A stretch of DNA of 64,000 nucleotides, from assembly GCA_013265495.1 (NCBI GenBank), contig MU058337.1:6368716-6432715 (forward strand), written 5' to 3'. The notes below the pieces were generated by a model that saw only the letters and a list, made by a program, of their open reading frames with translations, was not told the DNA's origin and ran no database searches. Positions 25,710 to 38,197 of the stretch are shown here, piece by piece (position 1 is the first letter of the stretch; every line of letters starts with the position of its first letter). The position numbers and the translations under genes are program-made. Origin of the DNA: Vicugna vicugna (lineage: Eukaryota).

Positions 25710-27745
25710 GGAACTTTACTTTTGGCAATATGGCAGACCACATTCTCTGAAGGGCCATCAACTATAAGACAGATACATTTCAACAAAAGTACTTTTTAAT
25801 GCATTACTGGGCTCATAAGAATGTAAGGGAATCTTCCACAGGCCAATGTAAAGCAACAGCAACAAAAAATGAGTTGCATTCTGATTAATGAGTGAGAAAA
25901 ATAAGAAAGCTAGAAACCAAATACCTATAACAGAACTGGTATCAGGATACTAGTCTGAGACCACAGCGAAGCTGAGGAGAATAAACCAAGACTCCAGATT
26001 AGGAATGTCCCTGACTCCCAGCAGAAGCAAATACAAATTCTCTTTAGAAGAAAACCTTCCTACTCTACGCCCTTGGGATTCCCAAGAAATAATTCCAATT
26101 AATATGGGTTCATACCATGAGTTTGAGTCATTGAACAACAAGCAATTTAGATGCAAAAATACTAAAATTAACAGATTCAGAATGTCCTAAGCAGTTATGA
26201 AAAAAAATCAAATAGAATTTCTAGATACGAAAAATGTAATCATTAGAATTAAAAACTCAGAGGATGGATTAAGTAGATTAGACACAACTGAGTAGATAAT
26301 TTAAAAAGTGTTGATTAGTTATGAAGAACTAACCCAGAATGTGGCACAGAGTGACAAAGAGATGGAAAATATGAAAAGACAGTAAGAGACAAGGAGGATA
26401 CAATGAAAACTTCCTAATAGGTCTACTTGGCATCTCTGAAGGAAAGACTAGAAATAATGCACTAGAAGTGATATTTGAAGGCTAATAGTAGAAATTTTAT
26501 AGAACTGATAAAAGACATGAATACACAAATACATGAAAAACAACTTACACCAAACAAAAGGAAAGAAGGGGAGAAAGGAGGGGAGGAGGCACACATCAAT
26601 GCCTAGGTGGTATTTTAGTAAAACTTCAGTGCACCAAAGACAGAAAGATCTTAAGAACAGCCAAAGAAGAAAAGGCAAGTCACCTGGTTTTTAGACTAAC
26701 AGTGGAGTTCTCAATAGCACTAATAGCAATCAGAAGGCAATGAAATAGTATCTCCAAAGTTCTGATAGCAAATAAGTATCAATCCAGACTTGTCTACCCA
26801 GCCAAACAATGAAGACATTTCAAATAAACAAAAACTATGAGAGTTTTCTATCAACAAACATTTACTATAGGGAAATTCTGAAGGAAGAACATCAGCAAAA
26901 AGAGAAGACACCCCAGAAAGTCTGAGATGCAAGAAGGAAAAATGACCAGAGGGAGTGATAAAATATGTAGGTGAATTTAAATAAATACTATGTATATAAA
27001 ATAATGATAGTAACAATATAAGATTCATGGGGTTAAAAAGATAATTTGCCCTGAAATATGGGACAAAAATAACATAAATTGCAAGGAAGATGATTGGATT
27101 TAAAGCTTTCTAAAGTTCTTGCTTTGTCCAGGAAGAAGTACAGGTTAATTTTAGGCTTTGTTAGGTACACTTGGTAAAATTTCAGAAGTAATCAATAAAA
27201 ATTAGAAATACAGTCATAACTTCTAAACTAAGAAAGGAAAAACTGGACTAAGAAAATAAATTTTTAAAAAATCAAATAATTTTTAAAAGGCAAGAAAAAT
27301 GAGAAAAAGAAACATAAAATGGGTGAGGAAAATAGGACAAAATATAATGGTATATTTAAATCTAAATTTATCAGTAACTATATTAAAAGTGGGTGGATTA
27401 ATGTTCCAGTTAAAAGACACAGAATGTCCACAGGAATATAAAAATTTTTTTAAAAATTTTTAACAATAAGAGATATAAGTATATGGAAAAGTTGAAAGCA
27501 AAAGACTGAAAACAATATACTGGGCAAATACTAACCAAAAGAAAGTTAGCGTATTCATATTAGACCACATAAACTTTAAAGCAAAAAGCATTATAGGGGA
27601 TAAAGAGGATCAGTGCATAATAACAAGTGATTCAATATACCAGGAGGATATAATAATTCTAAATTTGTATACACCTAGTAACACAGGCTCCAACTATCAG
27701 CAGTGAAAACTGATAGAACTACAGGGAGAAACTGGCAAATCTAAA
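25710..27745 (+). mobile_element. Ancient L1, decayed ORF1 and start of ORF2 endonuclease region
   Basis: ORF1-like aaaactcagaggatggattaagtagattagacacaactga...acccagaatgtggcacagag. EN-like gggcaaatactaaccaaaagaaagttagc...ggaggatataataattctaaatttgtatacacctagtaac. Strongly A-rich plus strand. Confidence 0.75.
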
Positions 27746-28959
27746 ACTTGTTAAGGCCTTTCTACTCAAACTGCAGTGGGTGGACCAACTCTTAACCCAC
27801 AAACTCACCATGACCATGCCATCAGGAGGTTAGTACAAAGTGGGGAACATGAGTTTAGAAACTTCTATAGCACTTGACGTCGCTGCAACACCCAAGCAGT
27901 GTTTAAAGTTTTTTTTAAATGGAACAAAGTAACAACAGTAAGTAAAAATAACCAAGCTGGTCTTCACCGTAGAGAGTTTGAGAAGCACTCTTTTGTATCT
28001 CACGGGCCAAGCAAGAGACCAAAATGGAAACTAAAACATCCTTAGAACCAAATGATAATAAAAAGTATGTGTTCTTGCAGACTTCTCTTGTTAGATTACA
28101 ATTTACTTTTTTTACCTGTCTCACCACCAGCCTTTGACTCCTCTGGTTGGGAACCATGTAACCATCTTTGTTCCCCTTCTGCTTGTCACAGTGTCTGGCT
28201 GAGTAGGTACCCAATATTTAGTCGAATAGTATTTACACTTACATATTTAAACTTAAACACTAAATACATTTAAATATTTGCTCCACTAAAGTAGCAGCCC
28301 TGGAACCTGCCTCGACCTATTCCACTCCTACCTTCTTGGCCTCACCCAGTGTCCTGGAGACTCACCAGAAATCTGTGCACTACTTGGCTTCTTTTCACTG
28401 TGTCCCAGCAGGCAGCAGCTTAGACAGCCCTGCACCTCCTCATGCATTTTAACAATGAAAAGGAGAAGATAAGACGGGAGTGGAAAAGGTCGTTTCATCA
28501 TCCATGCTTGGGAAGGTGAGCTACTAGTGCCATCCTTGACGTGAAGGAGCTACTTAGACACAAATTGGATTAACAGGACAGGATTAGAGCCTGCTGGAAG
28601 GTATTACATACTTACAAACTGCTCTGTGGAAGCGCCTCTTGTTTTCATTACAGGCCTATACTCTACAGAATCACTCAAATGAAATATGGAATTAGTTAAT
28701 TACTAAAAAAAGAAATAAAATGAAATGAGATATAAAGTGAAGTGACTAAGTTTTAATAATACCAAGGAAGTTGAATTAGGCACTAATAGTTCAGTTTAGC
28801 AAAACTATAACTATGTCATCTGAAACAAGAGTTTCAGTATGGTAAGAAATAAAATCACTAAAATGGCCTCTATCTCCTCCCATCAAGAGGAATAATATTC
28901 AAACAAGAAATATGATTAAAAGTTGACTTCAAGAAAGAAAAAGAGAATATGAGCTATGT

Positions 28960-30135
28960 GAGAAGTTTCAGATTTATCTGAACATTTCAAACGAACTAAA
29001 GTCCCTAGTTTAAATATATTAAAATCCCAAGACACTGAAAGAATTCATAGATGTGAACACGGAACTCCTGTTGGTAATCTTTGAGAAACCATGGAGTATA
29101 CAAAGGTGACAAAAGATAAAAAGAAGCCAAGAAAGGGGGAAAAGGTGAATTATGGACTACGCCAACAGGTAAGGCTGATTCCTGGGAAAAATTCTAGGAG
29201 ATTCAAATTGTGGTTCTGTCATTTGATGGCACTGTGACCTTAGACATATTTCAAAACTTTGCTGTAAGGAGGAAATGAGATAATTAAAGCAGTTACTATA
29301 GCATCTTTTACAAAGAAAACTCTCAGTAAATGGTAGCTACTCAGTAAATGGTACCATTTTTGTATCTCCAGCACTTCAAAGCAAAGGTGGTAACAACTAG
29401 ACAGAGTGCTATCAGTAGACAGGGGTTCTTCAAAATCAAGTCTCATCTACTTAACCTCATTTTTTCTGGCGAGGTAGAGATGGGGGAGAGAGAAGTTACT
29501 GCTAGAGATGTAGATCAGGAAGGTATCCTCTTTTTGAAATGGCATTAGATAAAAATCTGTTACACTATCCTTGTGAAAAGACTGGGTTTTAGCAGAGTTG
29601 GGTGACTGAATAATCATATTCACAGAATTGACTCATGAACTTGACCTCTCCATGCTTCAGTTTCCTTATCTGTAGAAGGAGTATAATAATAGTAATTCAC
29701 TGAGCTCTTATACAAATTAAAGTCCTCAGAACAGTGCCTGGCATTTAGTCACCACTAAATAATGTTTGTTAAATAAACTTAAACAGAAGTTTCTAGTGGC
29801 ATGCTTGTGCAGCACTTGGCTCCAACCTCTTCAGAAACTTGTTAAATTTGCATACAGTGTGCTGGTCAAATTCTCAGATGGTATAAATTGGATGATGAAA
29901 TCAAAATCCAAAAGGACCCTGACAGGCTAGGGCTATGATATGAATAATACGAGATAAAATTAAGTCCTGGGTAGAAATTTTAAGGGAAAAAATTGTTTTA
30001 CAAGTACTAGCCTGGCTTGCCAGAATTCTCTTTGAATAAGGAAGAGAAATTTAGTTGACTGCAAGTTCAGCATGCATAAAACAGTATGCCTAGCAATTAA
30101 TTCAAATTTTAGCTGCATTAAGAGAACTGGAATGT
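28960..30135 (+). mobile_element. L3/CR1 LINE reverse-transcriptase remnant, interrupted by MIR-like fragments
   Basis: Decayed CR1 RT motifs occur in the right order: KKG..NY....L.IPGKIL (~29130-29195), GF.K.KS.L.NLI.F (~29420-29465), EVSSG (~29787), LVKFSDG.KL (~29862; FADD-like) and IQKD.DRL (~29906). Confidence 0.65.
29638..29775 (+). mobile_element. MIR fragment nested in the CR1 remnant
   Basis: acctctccatgcttcagtttccttatctgtagaaggagtataataatagt...agaacagtgcctggca. Confidence 0.7.
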
Positions 30136-31900
30136 CCTGACTATCTGGACAAGGGCACTGTCTGGACAGAGATGCCAAGATGGTGGGCACAACTTGCCAT
30201 CATAAATTCTTTTCTCCCTTTCCCCTCGTTAGGTTCTTCCTAAGTCGTGGCTCTGGGTTTAAGGATGGGCTTCAGAGCACAGATACATGGTAAGGAAACA
30301 CGAGGTAGGAATGGACCATGTTTCCAACTCATCTGGGTAGCAGGAAACATCCTCAGGTGGATATGGGAAGATGGCCTCAAGATTTGTAAAGAGCTATAAT
30401 TAGAAGTTTATCAGGGCATGTAATGGCTCACTGTGCTACACGCTAAAGTAAATTCCCCTCTAATCATGATTACCACAGGATTTATCTAATCTATTTCCTA
30501 TAGGAAATCAAGCTACTACCAGGCATCTTATCAAACTTATTCCTTGCAATAATCCCTGTACCTGACAAAAGTAGATTTTGTCACCCCACAGTATAGATAA
30601 GAAACTGAAGCAAAGAAGTAAAGTGAATTACCCGGGGCCACAGAGAGCTGGAATTACAATTCAGTATCTAATCTCAGAGTGCCCTACATGAGTTCTGGAA
30701 GGGAGCATACTGGATTCACATAATGTCCCTCAAGAAAAGCCCTATTTACCTTAATCTCTGGGAGAAAGAAGCTTAATTGTATTTAATTTAGTGCATGTCA
30801 AAGATGTTGAGTAGACGCTTTAGATTCCACGTGTTTATTCTAATCCTTTCCCAAATACTTGTAAAGCCTTGGTTTGACCGTTAGAAAGATGCTGAAAATT
30901 AACTTTTTTAAAAAAAATTAAGGCAAATATTTGTTTGCTAGAATCTTTAAGGAAAGCAATTAATCAAGAAAGTTGTACAGTTACAACCACACCACTTCAG
31001 ATCACTTAGGAAAACTATCCAAATAGGTACAAATCCAGACGGCCAGCAGTCCCTGTCCCCTCAGCCCCACAATCCATTCCCAGCCCAACCTCACCGTCTT
31101 AGGGACTGGATAGATAAAGGTCGAGTGAAAGCATGTTTTTAACTAAAAAGGTTCCATGCAAACATCAGTTATTGCTATAATGATTTATGTGTTTCACCTA
31201 ATTATTGAACAAATGTGTGTTCATTATAAAAACCTAAAAAACAAAGTTAAGCAAACCAAAATGAAACAAAAAGCACCCCCTATTTCACTACCCAGTAAGA
31301 AGATTTTGTACCTGTTTGCGAATTGGGTATTTTCTAAGGCTCATTTCTCTGGTCAGGCCATGAGGAAATCAGCCAAAAGCTGCAACTTTAAGATTCTCTG
31401 TGTAGCTTCCCTTTAACTAAGAAGGGAAAATGATTTTAGTGACTCTTCCATTAAAGGCTATCTTTTCTTTTATTGGCACTTGTCCCAGAAGAGATAAGAC
31501 CACTACTCAATATACCTGGCAGTAAAAAAGAAGAAAAAAATTCCTAATTGCATCTTATTCATCTGAAAAATTTACAGCACAAGTCTAGGATTCAGTCATT
31601 TACTCGAACCAGCAAATATCTCAGCCAAAATGGATTGACTGTCTATCTCTTTATCTACATGCACAGTCACATATACTGAAGGTCATGACTTTAAATATAT
31701 GTTGGTTGGATTCTTCCTGTCTCTTGCAGAAAAAAGACATACACATTCAGAACACATGTGAGGTCTGGTCAAGAATATATTAGTAATCAACAAAAGGTGA
31801 ATATGGTATAATCTTTCCAAATAGTGAGCAATGCTACCAGGAGAGCACCAAAAGTCAATTCCTTTTTTTTCCCCCATTAGAAGGAAAAATCTGCCATTAC

Positions 31901-32087
31901 CTTTTTGTTCACAGCCACACCATCCTCACAGTCGAGCACCGCACAGTCTACATTCAGGGAGGGAATCTTCCTTATTTTCTTTTCATCATTTCCAGGCACA
32001 TAGAGCACTGCCCTCCGGGGAGTGTACTTGTGACTGGGTGAGGAACTATGTCCAAGTCTGGACACATCAGCTGCCAGAGAGGCTTTC
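31901..32087 (-). CDS. CLYBL: CLYBL internal coding exon (exon 2), citramalyl-CoA lyase / citrate lyase beta-like, mitochondrial
   Basis: Minus strand reads ...tcctacag|G AAA GCC...AAC AAA AAG|gtaatg, with a canonical AG acceptor and GT donor; 187 nt (1 nt + 62 codons). Translation KASLAADVSRLGHSSSPSHKYTPRRAVLYVPGNDEKKIRKIPSLNVDCAVLDCEDGVAVNKK closely matches the recalled human CLYBL N-terminal region, including the CitE-family LDCEDGVA motif. Confidence 0.97.
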
Positions 32088-32107
32088 CTGTAGGAGACAT
32101 GATTAGA

Positions 32108-32114
32108 GTTAGTC
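32108..32114 (-). promoter_or_regulatory. Probable branch point for the exon 2 acceptor
   Basis: GACTAAC on the minus strand, with the branch A about 22 nt upstream of the exon; one mismatch to TACTAAC. Confidence 0.6.
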
Positions 32115-33199
32115 CAAAATAGAATTTATTTACAAATTTTTGAAATCAGCCCTGTCCTTAATAGATGGAGCTGTATGTCATGAAAACCTCAGTTAAGGAA
32201 AGGTTAAAGCCCCAGCACACAGGTAACAGCCTCGTGTTTTACTCCCCCAGGGTAAACAGCATCATCCTTTCAAAAATATGCCAGCTGCGCTCTTCTTGAA
32301 AGCTCTCAACATTTGGTGGTTATCCTAAGTTAATGCTATCAAATACTTCACATGGTTATAACATTTTCTCATGATTAGTGTTCCTTGGGACAATATATCT
32401 AAAGAAACATCAGTATCTCTTTGGTGGCCTCCCAATTGTGTATGGGTCCCCTCATTCTTTTTTGCAACCAACCCTAATAAAATCTAAAACTTGAGTCTAG
32501 GTCTTATTTTTTCCACAACAGAAGCATTGTGCTCTGTGAGGTATGGTGAGATACAGGTGGATTTTAAAAGTGTACATGTCTTCCAAGACACCTTATTTAA
32601 TATAAAATATATTATGGCCAGATAATTGAAGAATGTCTGAAGTATCTGTCATTGTTTTGTATTGATTGAAAATACGTCATTTATCTAAAAAGGGGGAGAA
32701 ACTATAATGCTGTAACAGCAACAATCTCATTTTATTTATTCACACTGGATACCAGAATTTGCAATATATAATTTCCTTTAAAATGGTAAAAAAAAAATGC
32801 AATTAAAAGAGATAAATTTTTATTTAAATGCTTGGGGCAAAATCACTTTTCTGGAGTATTTGTTGTAACTGAATATGTAAAAGCCAGAGAACTTCATTTC
32901 ATGAAAATTGAGATTTCCTCTATGTGAGAGAGCTTCTAATCACCAATTTGGATCCAGCCACAGTGGTCTCTGAGCCACATCACCTGAATCTCAAAGGCTG
33001 AGCCACTCAGACACAGCTGGCACGTCACTGACAGCGTGACAAGTCATACCACAGTCACATGCTAAGCACTAGAGCAGATCATCCCCAGGATGTTTATATG
33101 ATGTGTAATTTTTAAAACAGATGATGATTTAAAAAAAAATGTGCTACTGTTGAAGATGTTTCTGGTTTCCCAGATTAAACTCTCCTATAATTATTAAAA

Positions 33200-33550
33200 T
33201 GTTGTTTTCCTCATATCATCCACTGCTCAAAAATTGTCAATAGCTCCCCATTACCTGCAGGATTAAACTCAGTCTCAGCTGATATTCCTTTTCTCAACTG
33301 ATATCCCACTATTCCCGAGTTAAAACTATTCACCCTAGGAAAACTGGATTATGACCGTCTCCACAATATGCCCTATTGTTTACACTGTATCTTTGCTTCT
33401 CCTGTGCTTCTGATGGAAAAGTATTTCCTCTCAGTTTATTTGAAACTTAATGGATCTTTCAAGCTCAGTTCCAGGCCTACCTGAATGCTAAGCCTTTTTT
33501 TGACCACTCATCTGTAAACTTTCTTATCCTTAAACATAGCAGTTATCACT
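33200..33550 (+). mobile_element. L2 fragment
   Basis: ctgctcaaaaattgtcaatagctccccattacctgcaggattaaactc...ctttcaagctcagttc. Confidence 0.5.
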
Positions 33551-33722
33551 CATAACCAAACCAGAACCAGCAAAGGATTGGCTCTGCCATCATGGCTAAC
33601 GTTAATCAGGGGCACAGGCTTTCTGGAAAGTCAGTGGATGTCACAAATCAAGAGACTTAAAAAAGGTGCCTGCTTTTTGACTCAGTAATTTCAACTAATT
33701 TGACCCAATTCCTTTTAAGAAC

Positions 33723-34072
33723 AGCTATAGACTAAAATGTTTGTGTCCCCTCCAATTCATATGTCAGTATGATCTTCAGTATGGTGGTATTTGGAGGTGG
33801 GTCATTTGGGAGGTGATTAAGTCGTGAAGGCAAAATCCATGGGATTAGTGTCCTTATATAAGAGACACCAGAGAGTTCCCTAGCCCTTTCTGCCATGTGA
33901 GGACATAGTGGAAAGACTGCTATCTATGAACCAGATTCTCTTCAGACACTGCACCTGTCGGGGCATTGATCTCAGACTCCCCAGTCTCCAGAACCATGAG
34001 AAATAAATCTCTGTTGTTGATAAGCCACCCATCTATGGTATTCTGTTATAGCTGCCCAAGAGGATTAAGACA
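33723..34072 (+). mobile_element. MLT1A-like MaLR solo LTR, nested in an old L1 fragment (~33610-34400)
   Basis: gctatagactaaaatgtttgtgtcccc...gggattagtgtccttatataagaga...ccatgtgaggaca...gagaaataaatctctgttgtt...taagaca: complete LTR with TATA and poly(A) signal. Confidence 0.9.
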
Positions 34073-36219
34073 GGACTCTATCTTAAGAAAATGATCAGAA
34101 ATAAAACTAGATATATATAATATTAAGAATTGAAAACAATCTTTAGGTCAACAATAGGATGAATTATGGTACCTACAGTCAATGGAATATTATGCCTTCA
34201 TTAAAAACCGTGTTTATAAAATATTTAATGTTGTATGAAGATTGTTCTTTTTAAACAGAGGATATAACATTATATATGCAATAACATATCAGCTTTCTAA
34301 AAAATGCAGAGAAAAATATCTGAAAAGAAATACATCAAAGCGTTATTAGGGAAGCCACTGAACTGTAGAATTTGAAATTAAGATTTTTCTGCTTCTGCAC
34401 ACTTCTTTCCTATTTCGCACATTTATCAGAAAGAGCATCACTCTTTAAAAAAATCCTTTTCTAACTGGCTTAAAACAAACCAATTAAATCATTTAAACGA
34501 CCTCAAATGGCAGCACACTATAGTGGGTAAGAACCACCTATATGACATTGCTGATATTTGACCATTTTGACCCATAAAAATGCTAGTTTTACGTGGTTCA
34601 AAGCAATATTGTGAATGGCAGTCAGAAGGTGGAGTGAGAAGCACGCAAGACAGGTCAGTTTCCTCTTGGGTGAGAAGCAGCATAACCGCTGCCTCACACG
34701 GGGGGAGCTCCCCACAGGCAGCAGGGCAGCGTGTACACGCACAGCTACTGTGACTGTCTGACTGTCACCCGTGCGCAAAGCTGCTCAGCATAGCCCAGCA
34801 TTAGGAACCTTACTGGACACAAACGCCCTCAGTGAGATCACAAGCTTGCTGAGGGAGAGGTGACCCTACATCTCCCCCACGTTGCTTAGCACAGGGTCTT
34901 GCACGTGTGAGGTATGCAATTTCTGCTACCTTGTCACCCAACCAAAGCCATTTCTCCGGAAGTGAGTGTGTAGGACTGATCTGCAACCCATACTGTCCAT
35001 ATTTTTCTTGGGCAAGAGTCCAATTTTAGTGGTGACTACAGGTAGGAGGTCATTTTTATTCCCTCTCTCCTTCGCCATTGTGGAGCTTTACCCCAACGTG
35101 TGGTTGCTTCTTTTATGTTTATCTCTTTTCTGTAAATACATTTGATGTCCTAGTTTAGGGCTCGTTAACCTTTACCTAGATGACTGTGGAAGCCTCTTAC
35201 TTATCCTCACTGCCTCCACTTTGTTCTTTCGTTCGTACAATCAGTGAGCACTTAGGACGCACCCACTGGGTGACCTGCACCGGGCCTCCACCAGCACAGC
35301 TGGCAGGCCCCTCTGTGCAAATTAGAAAAAGGTGCCCCGTCAAGCCTGCCAGCAGGTGGAAGGGCAAAGAGGCACCTCTTGCTCCTGAAGCGCAGCTTTG
35401 ATGACTGGAGACCAGCTGAAGCTCAGCCCCACGTGTGGCCTCGGCAGGCGCCCCAACCAGGACACACCCTGCACAACCGCATGCAGTGGCCCTGACCCGC
35501 ACTGTGCTGAGCACTGGAGGGAGGCGACACAAGAGGAACAGGGCATGCCAGGAAGGCCCGGGGGGATCACCCAGAGGATGGCCTGCTAGCAGCTCAGGAA
35601 GGCTAAAGTCCTGTACAGAATGAAGCTTCAAGAAAGATCAAAGGCAGCGAAAGTGATTGGAATAATAAGAAGAAAAGTGTAGAGGGGGTCTGGCCTTTGG
35701 GTTCCGTTGCAGACTCTGAGGTCCCGGAGGGGGCTGTCGCTGGGCAGGTGGCAGAAGCCTGTCGTGGCTCCCCAAGCCTCCCTCTTCCCACAGTGCTGGT
35801 GTGTCCTCTCCTTCCCCCATCTCTGGCTGTTTCAAAATCTGTTCCCTACTTGAGTCGTGTTCAGCACTGACTACTGCATATGAATACAACTGCAGTAGGT
35901 GCAAGATCTAACTTATTTTATTTTATCTTATATATTTGGAGTTAAGGCCTCTTGATAGTCAACATGTAAATACATTCAAACAATATGCAAAATAGGGGCT
36001 TAAGATGAGTTAAAAAAATCTGGTAGCCTCATGGTGAGTGAGTTCTCTCTACAGAGGGACTTTTTTTAAGATAAGACATCCCGGAGAGGTTCTGATGGGA
36101 GGTGGGGGTGGGGGGTCCCCATCCTGGCCTTGTTTTGGTAATCTCCCTTTCCTCCTCCGCCTAATGCCATTCATTAACCATTTATATCATAGCAGGCATA
36201 GCTAGTTCTTACTGCTGCC

Positions 36220-36597
36220 AGCGTTCTCCACCCAGAACTCAATAAAACTATATCCAGGGGAGCTTTGAAAAATTGTCAAATTCTGAACCCCACCCAGTGC
36301 AATCTACCATCATACATGGGCACTTGTTAGAAATGTAGAGTCTGGGGACCCCAGCCCAGTCCCGCTGAATTAGAAGCTGCATATTAAACCCCCAGGGCAT
36401 GTTTATCTCATGGACGGCTGAGAACGCTGTTCTAGGCTGACTCAAACTTGGGGGCATAGTGGAATCACCTGGGGAGCTTTAAAGTCGGCTCAGCTACAGA
36501 AAGTTTGGTCATTGGTCTGGCGTAAGGCCTCGGCTCTGGGACTCCTAAAAGCCTCCTGGTTGACGCAGATGTGTAGCCAAGTTGAAGGACCACTGCA
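36220..36597. mobile_element. Cluster of MER5-family hAT-Charlie MITEs
   Basis: Three successive MER5-like units: ggggagctttgaaaaat, cttgttagaaatgtagagtctgggg...tgagaacgctg and gaatcacctggggagcttt...gaccactg. Confidence 0.7.
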
Positions 36598-36880
36598 CTA
36601 GATGCTAGATGATCTCAATGTGTAGCCACTGCCCTAATGCAGGAAATCTTGCTCCAACAAAAAATTTCTTTTAAGTGAGTCATATACTACCATTATACAC
36701 AAGTAGATGCTTGAAAGTAATAAGATCATAACTGAAAATGCAGCAAACTTGGAAAAAAATTCATGTTTAAAGAAAAACCATTCTGATAAAATTGACAAAC
36801 TGCTAACAATATTTGAAATAGCAGCAATAATCAACTAATCTCATGTCCATTTGAGGATCTACAATTTGGTTTGTAACTTC

Positions 36881-37208
36881 TTTTTTTAAGCGTTCTTGCA
36901 AGTTTTTATTTATTCATTATAGAGGTTTTTTTTTAATTGAAGTATGGTTGATTTACAGTGTTGTATTAGTTTCTGGTGCACAGCATAGTGATTCAGTTAT
37001 ACATATATATATATTCTTTTTTCATATTATTTTCCATTATAGGTTATTACAAACTATTGAATATAGTTATATGCTATATAGTAGGACCTAGTTGTTTATC
37101 TATTTTGTATGTATAGTTTCTATCTGCCAATCCCAAACTCCTAATTTATCCCCCTCTTCCCTTTCGCCTTTGGTAGCCATCAGTTTGTTTTCTACGTCTG
37201 TGAGTCTG
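36881..37208 (-). mobile_element. 5'-truncated artiodactyl-type L1 3' end with apparent 3' transduction
   Basis: L1 body at 36935-37208, T-runs at 36926-36934 and 36881-36887. 15-bp TSD ttggtttgtaacttc (36866-36880) / ttggtgtgtaacttc (37209-37223). Confidence 0.88.
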
Positions 37209-37268
37209 TTGGTGTGTAACTTCAAACCCAAGTCAGTGGTTTCTTTACTTAGCTGATAGCTGCTAGTA

Positions 37269-37444
37269 CAGAGGTCTCTACTTTGGCTGCACATTACAAT
37301 CACCTGGGGAACTTAGAAAAAGAAAAAAACCCAGGCCACACTCCAACCCAATTAAATCCGAGCCTTGCTGTGAGTCCCAGGCATCAATGTTTCTTTAAAG
37401 CTTCCAGGGAGACTCCAAGGTGCAGCCAAGGATGAGAACCTCTG
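37269..37444. mobile_element. MER5-family MITE (MER5A1/B-like)
   Basis: Terminal inverted ends cagaggtctc...gagaacctctg; internal ggctgcacattacaatcacctgggga and gtgcagcc. Confidence 0.8.
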
Positions 37445-37999
37445 CACCAGGGTCTGCAAGTACCACTAAAGCGTCGTATTGATCCTAGCAAGGATCTGGG
37501 GTTGTCGGACTTTAAAAGTTGCCAGCGTGTAATCCTACCATATTTAGGCAGGGGAGTTTCGTACCAATTATGCAACTTCCCACTAATCAAGTGACTGGGA
37601 ACGATAACGTTGAGAGGAGTGGCAGTTCTCCTTGCTTGGAAACCATGATGCTCCACATTCCCACCCACTGAATCAGTAGCTGTCCCCTCAGGCTTTGAGT
37701 GGTAGGGGGTGAACACCAAGAAGTCCCTGCTGAGCTTGGAGTTCAAACTAGATTCTAAGATCAAGTCCATAGTGAACAGAAGTAAGTATGCTAATTTCCA
37801 ACAGCTTGGGTCCAAACATCGAGCTCCCAGGAGACAGCATGAGCAAGGACAGGGAACATGAAATAAAGAAGTCCTTGACGGCAGCAGGGACAAAGCCCTT
37901 CAGATGCTGAGAGAAGCTTGGTGGGGCAGAGCACGAGTGAGGAAACTGGGGAAGATTCTGCCTGGCCTCCTCCTCTTTAGGGACTGACTTCTGCAGTGA

Positions 38000-38168
38000 G
38001 GGGTATGGCTCACAGCTTGGGAAGATAAAACATTCTGGAGATGGATGGTGGTGATGGTTACATAACAAAGGGAATACACTAAATGCTACTGAACTGTATG
38101 CTTCCAAGTGGTTAAAATGATAAATTTTATGTGTATTTTATTGTGCATTTTACCACAATAAAAAAATA
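38000..38168 (+). mobile_element. L1MB-like extreme 3' end
   Basis: ttgggaagataaaacattctggagatggatggtggtgatggtt...ttttaccacaataaaaaaa. Confidence 0.85.
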
Positions 38169-38197
38169 ACATTTGACCAGCAGAGGTGTAAAATGAT

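Larger units (their letters stand above)
1..31900 (-). other. CLYBL: CLYBL intron 2 (partial)
   Basis: Begins at the GT donor (31900-31899). No exon 3 peptide (NEARLRIVKTLED...) was recognised in the window; human intron 2 is known to be very long. Confidence 0.8.

Noticed and set aside
31877..32065. 62-aa ORF as a standalone gene
   Set aside because: It is the CLYBL exon read from an internal GTG and past the splice donor; the true boundaries are 32087-31901.
35180..35904. Overlapping ORFs in a GC-rich patch, and a CTCF-like CCAGCAGGTGGAAG near 35348
   Set aside because: No protein similarity; CpG density looks too low for an island; the motif mismatches a key CTCF position.
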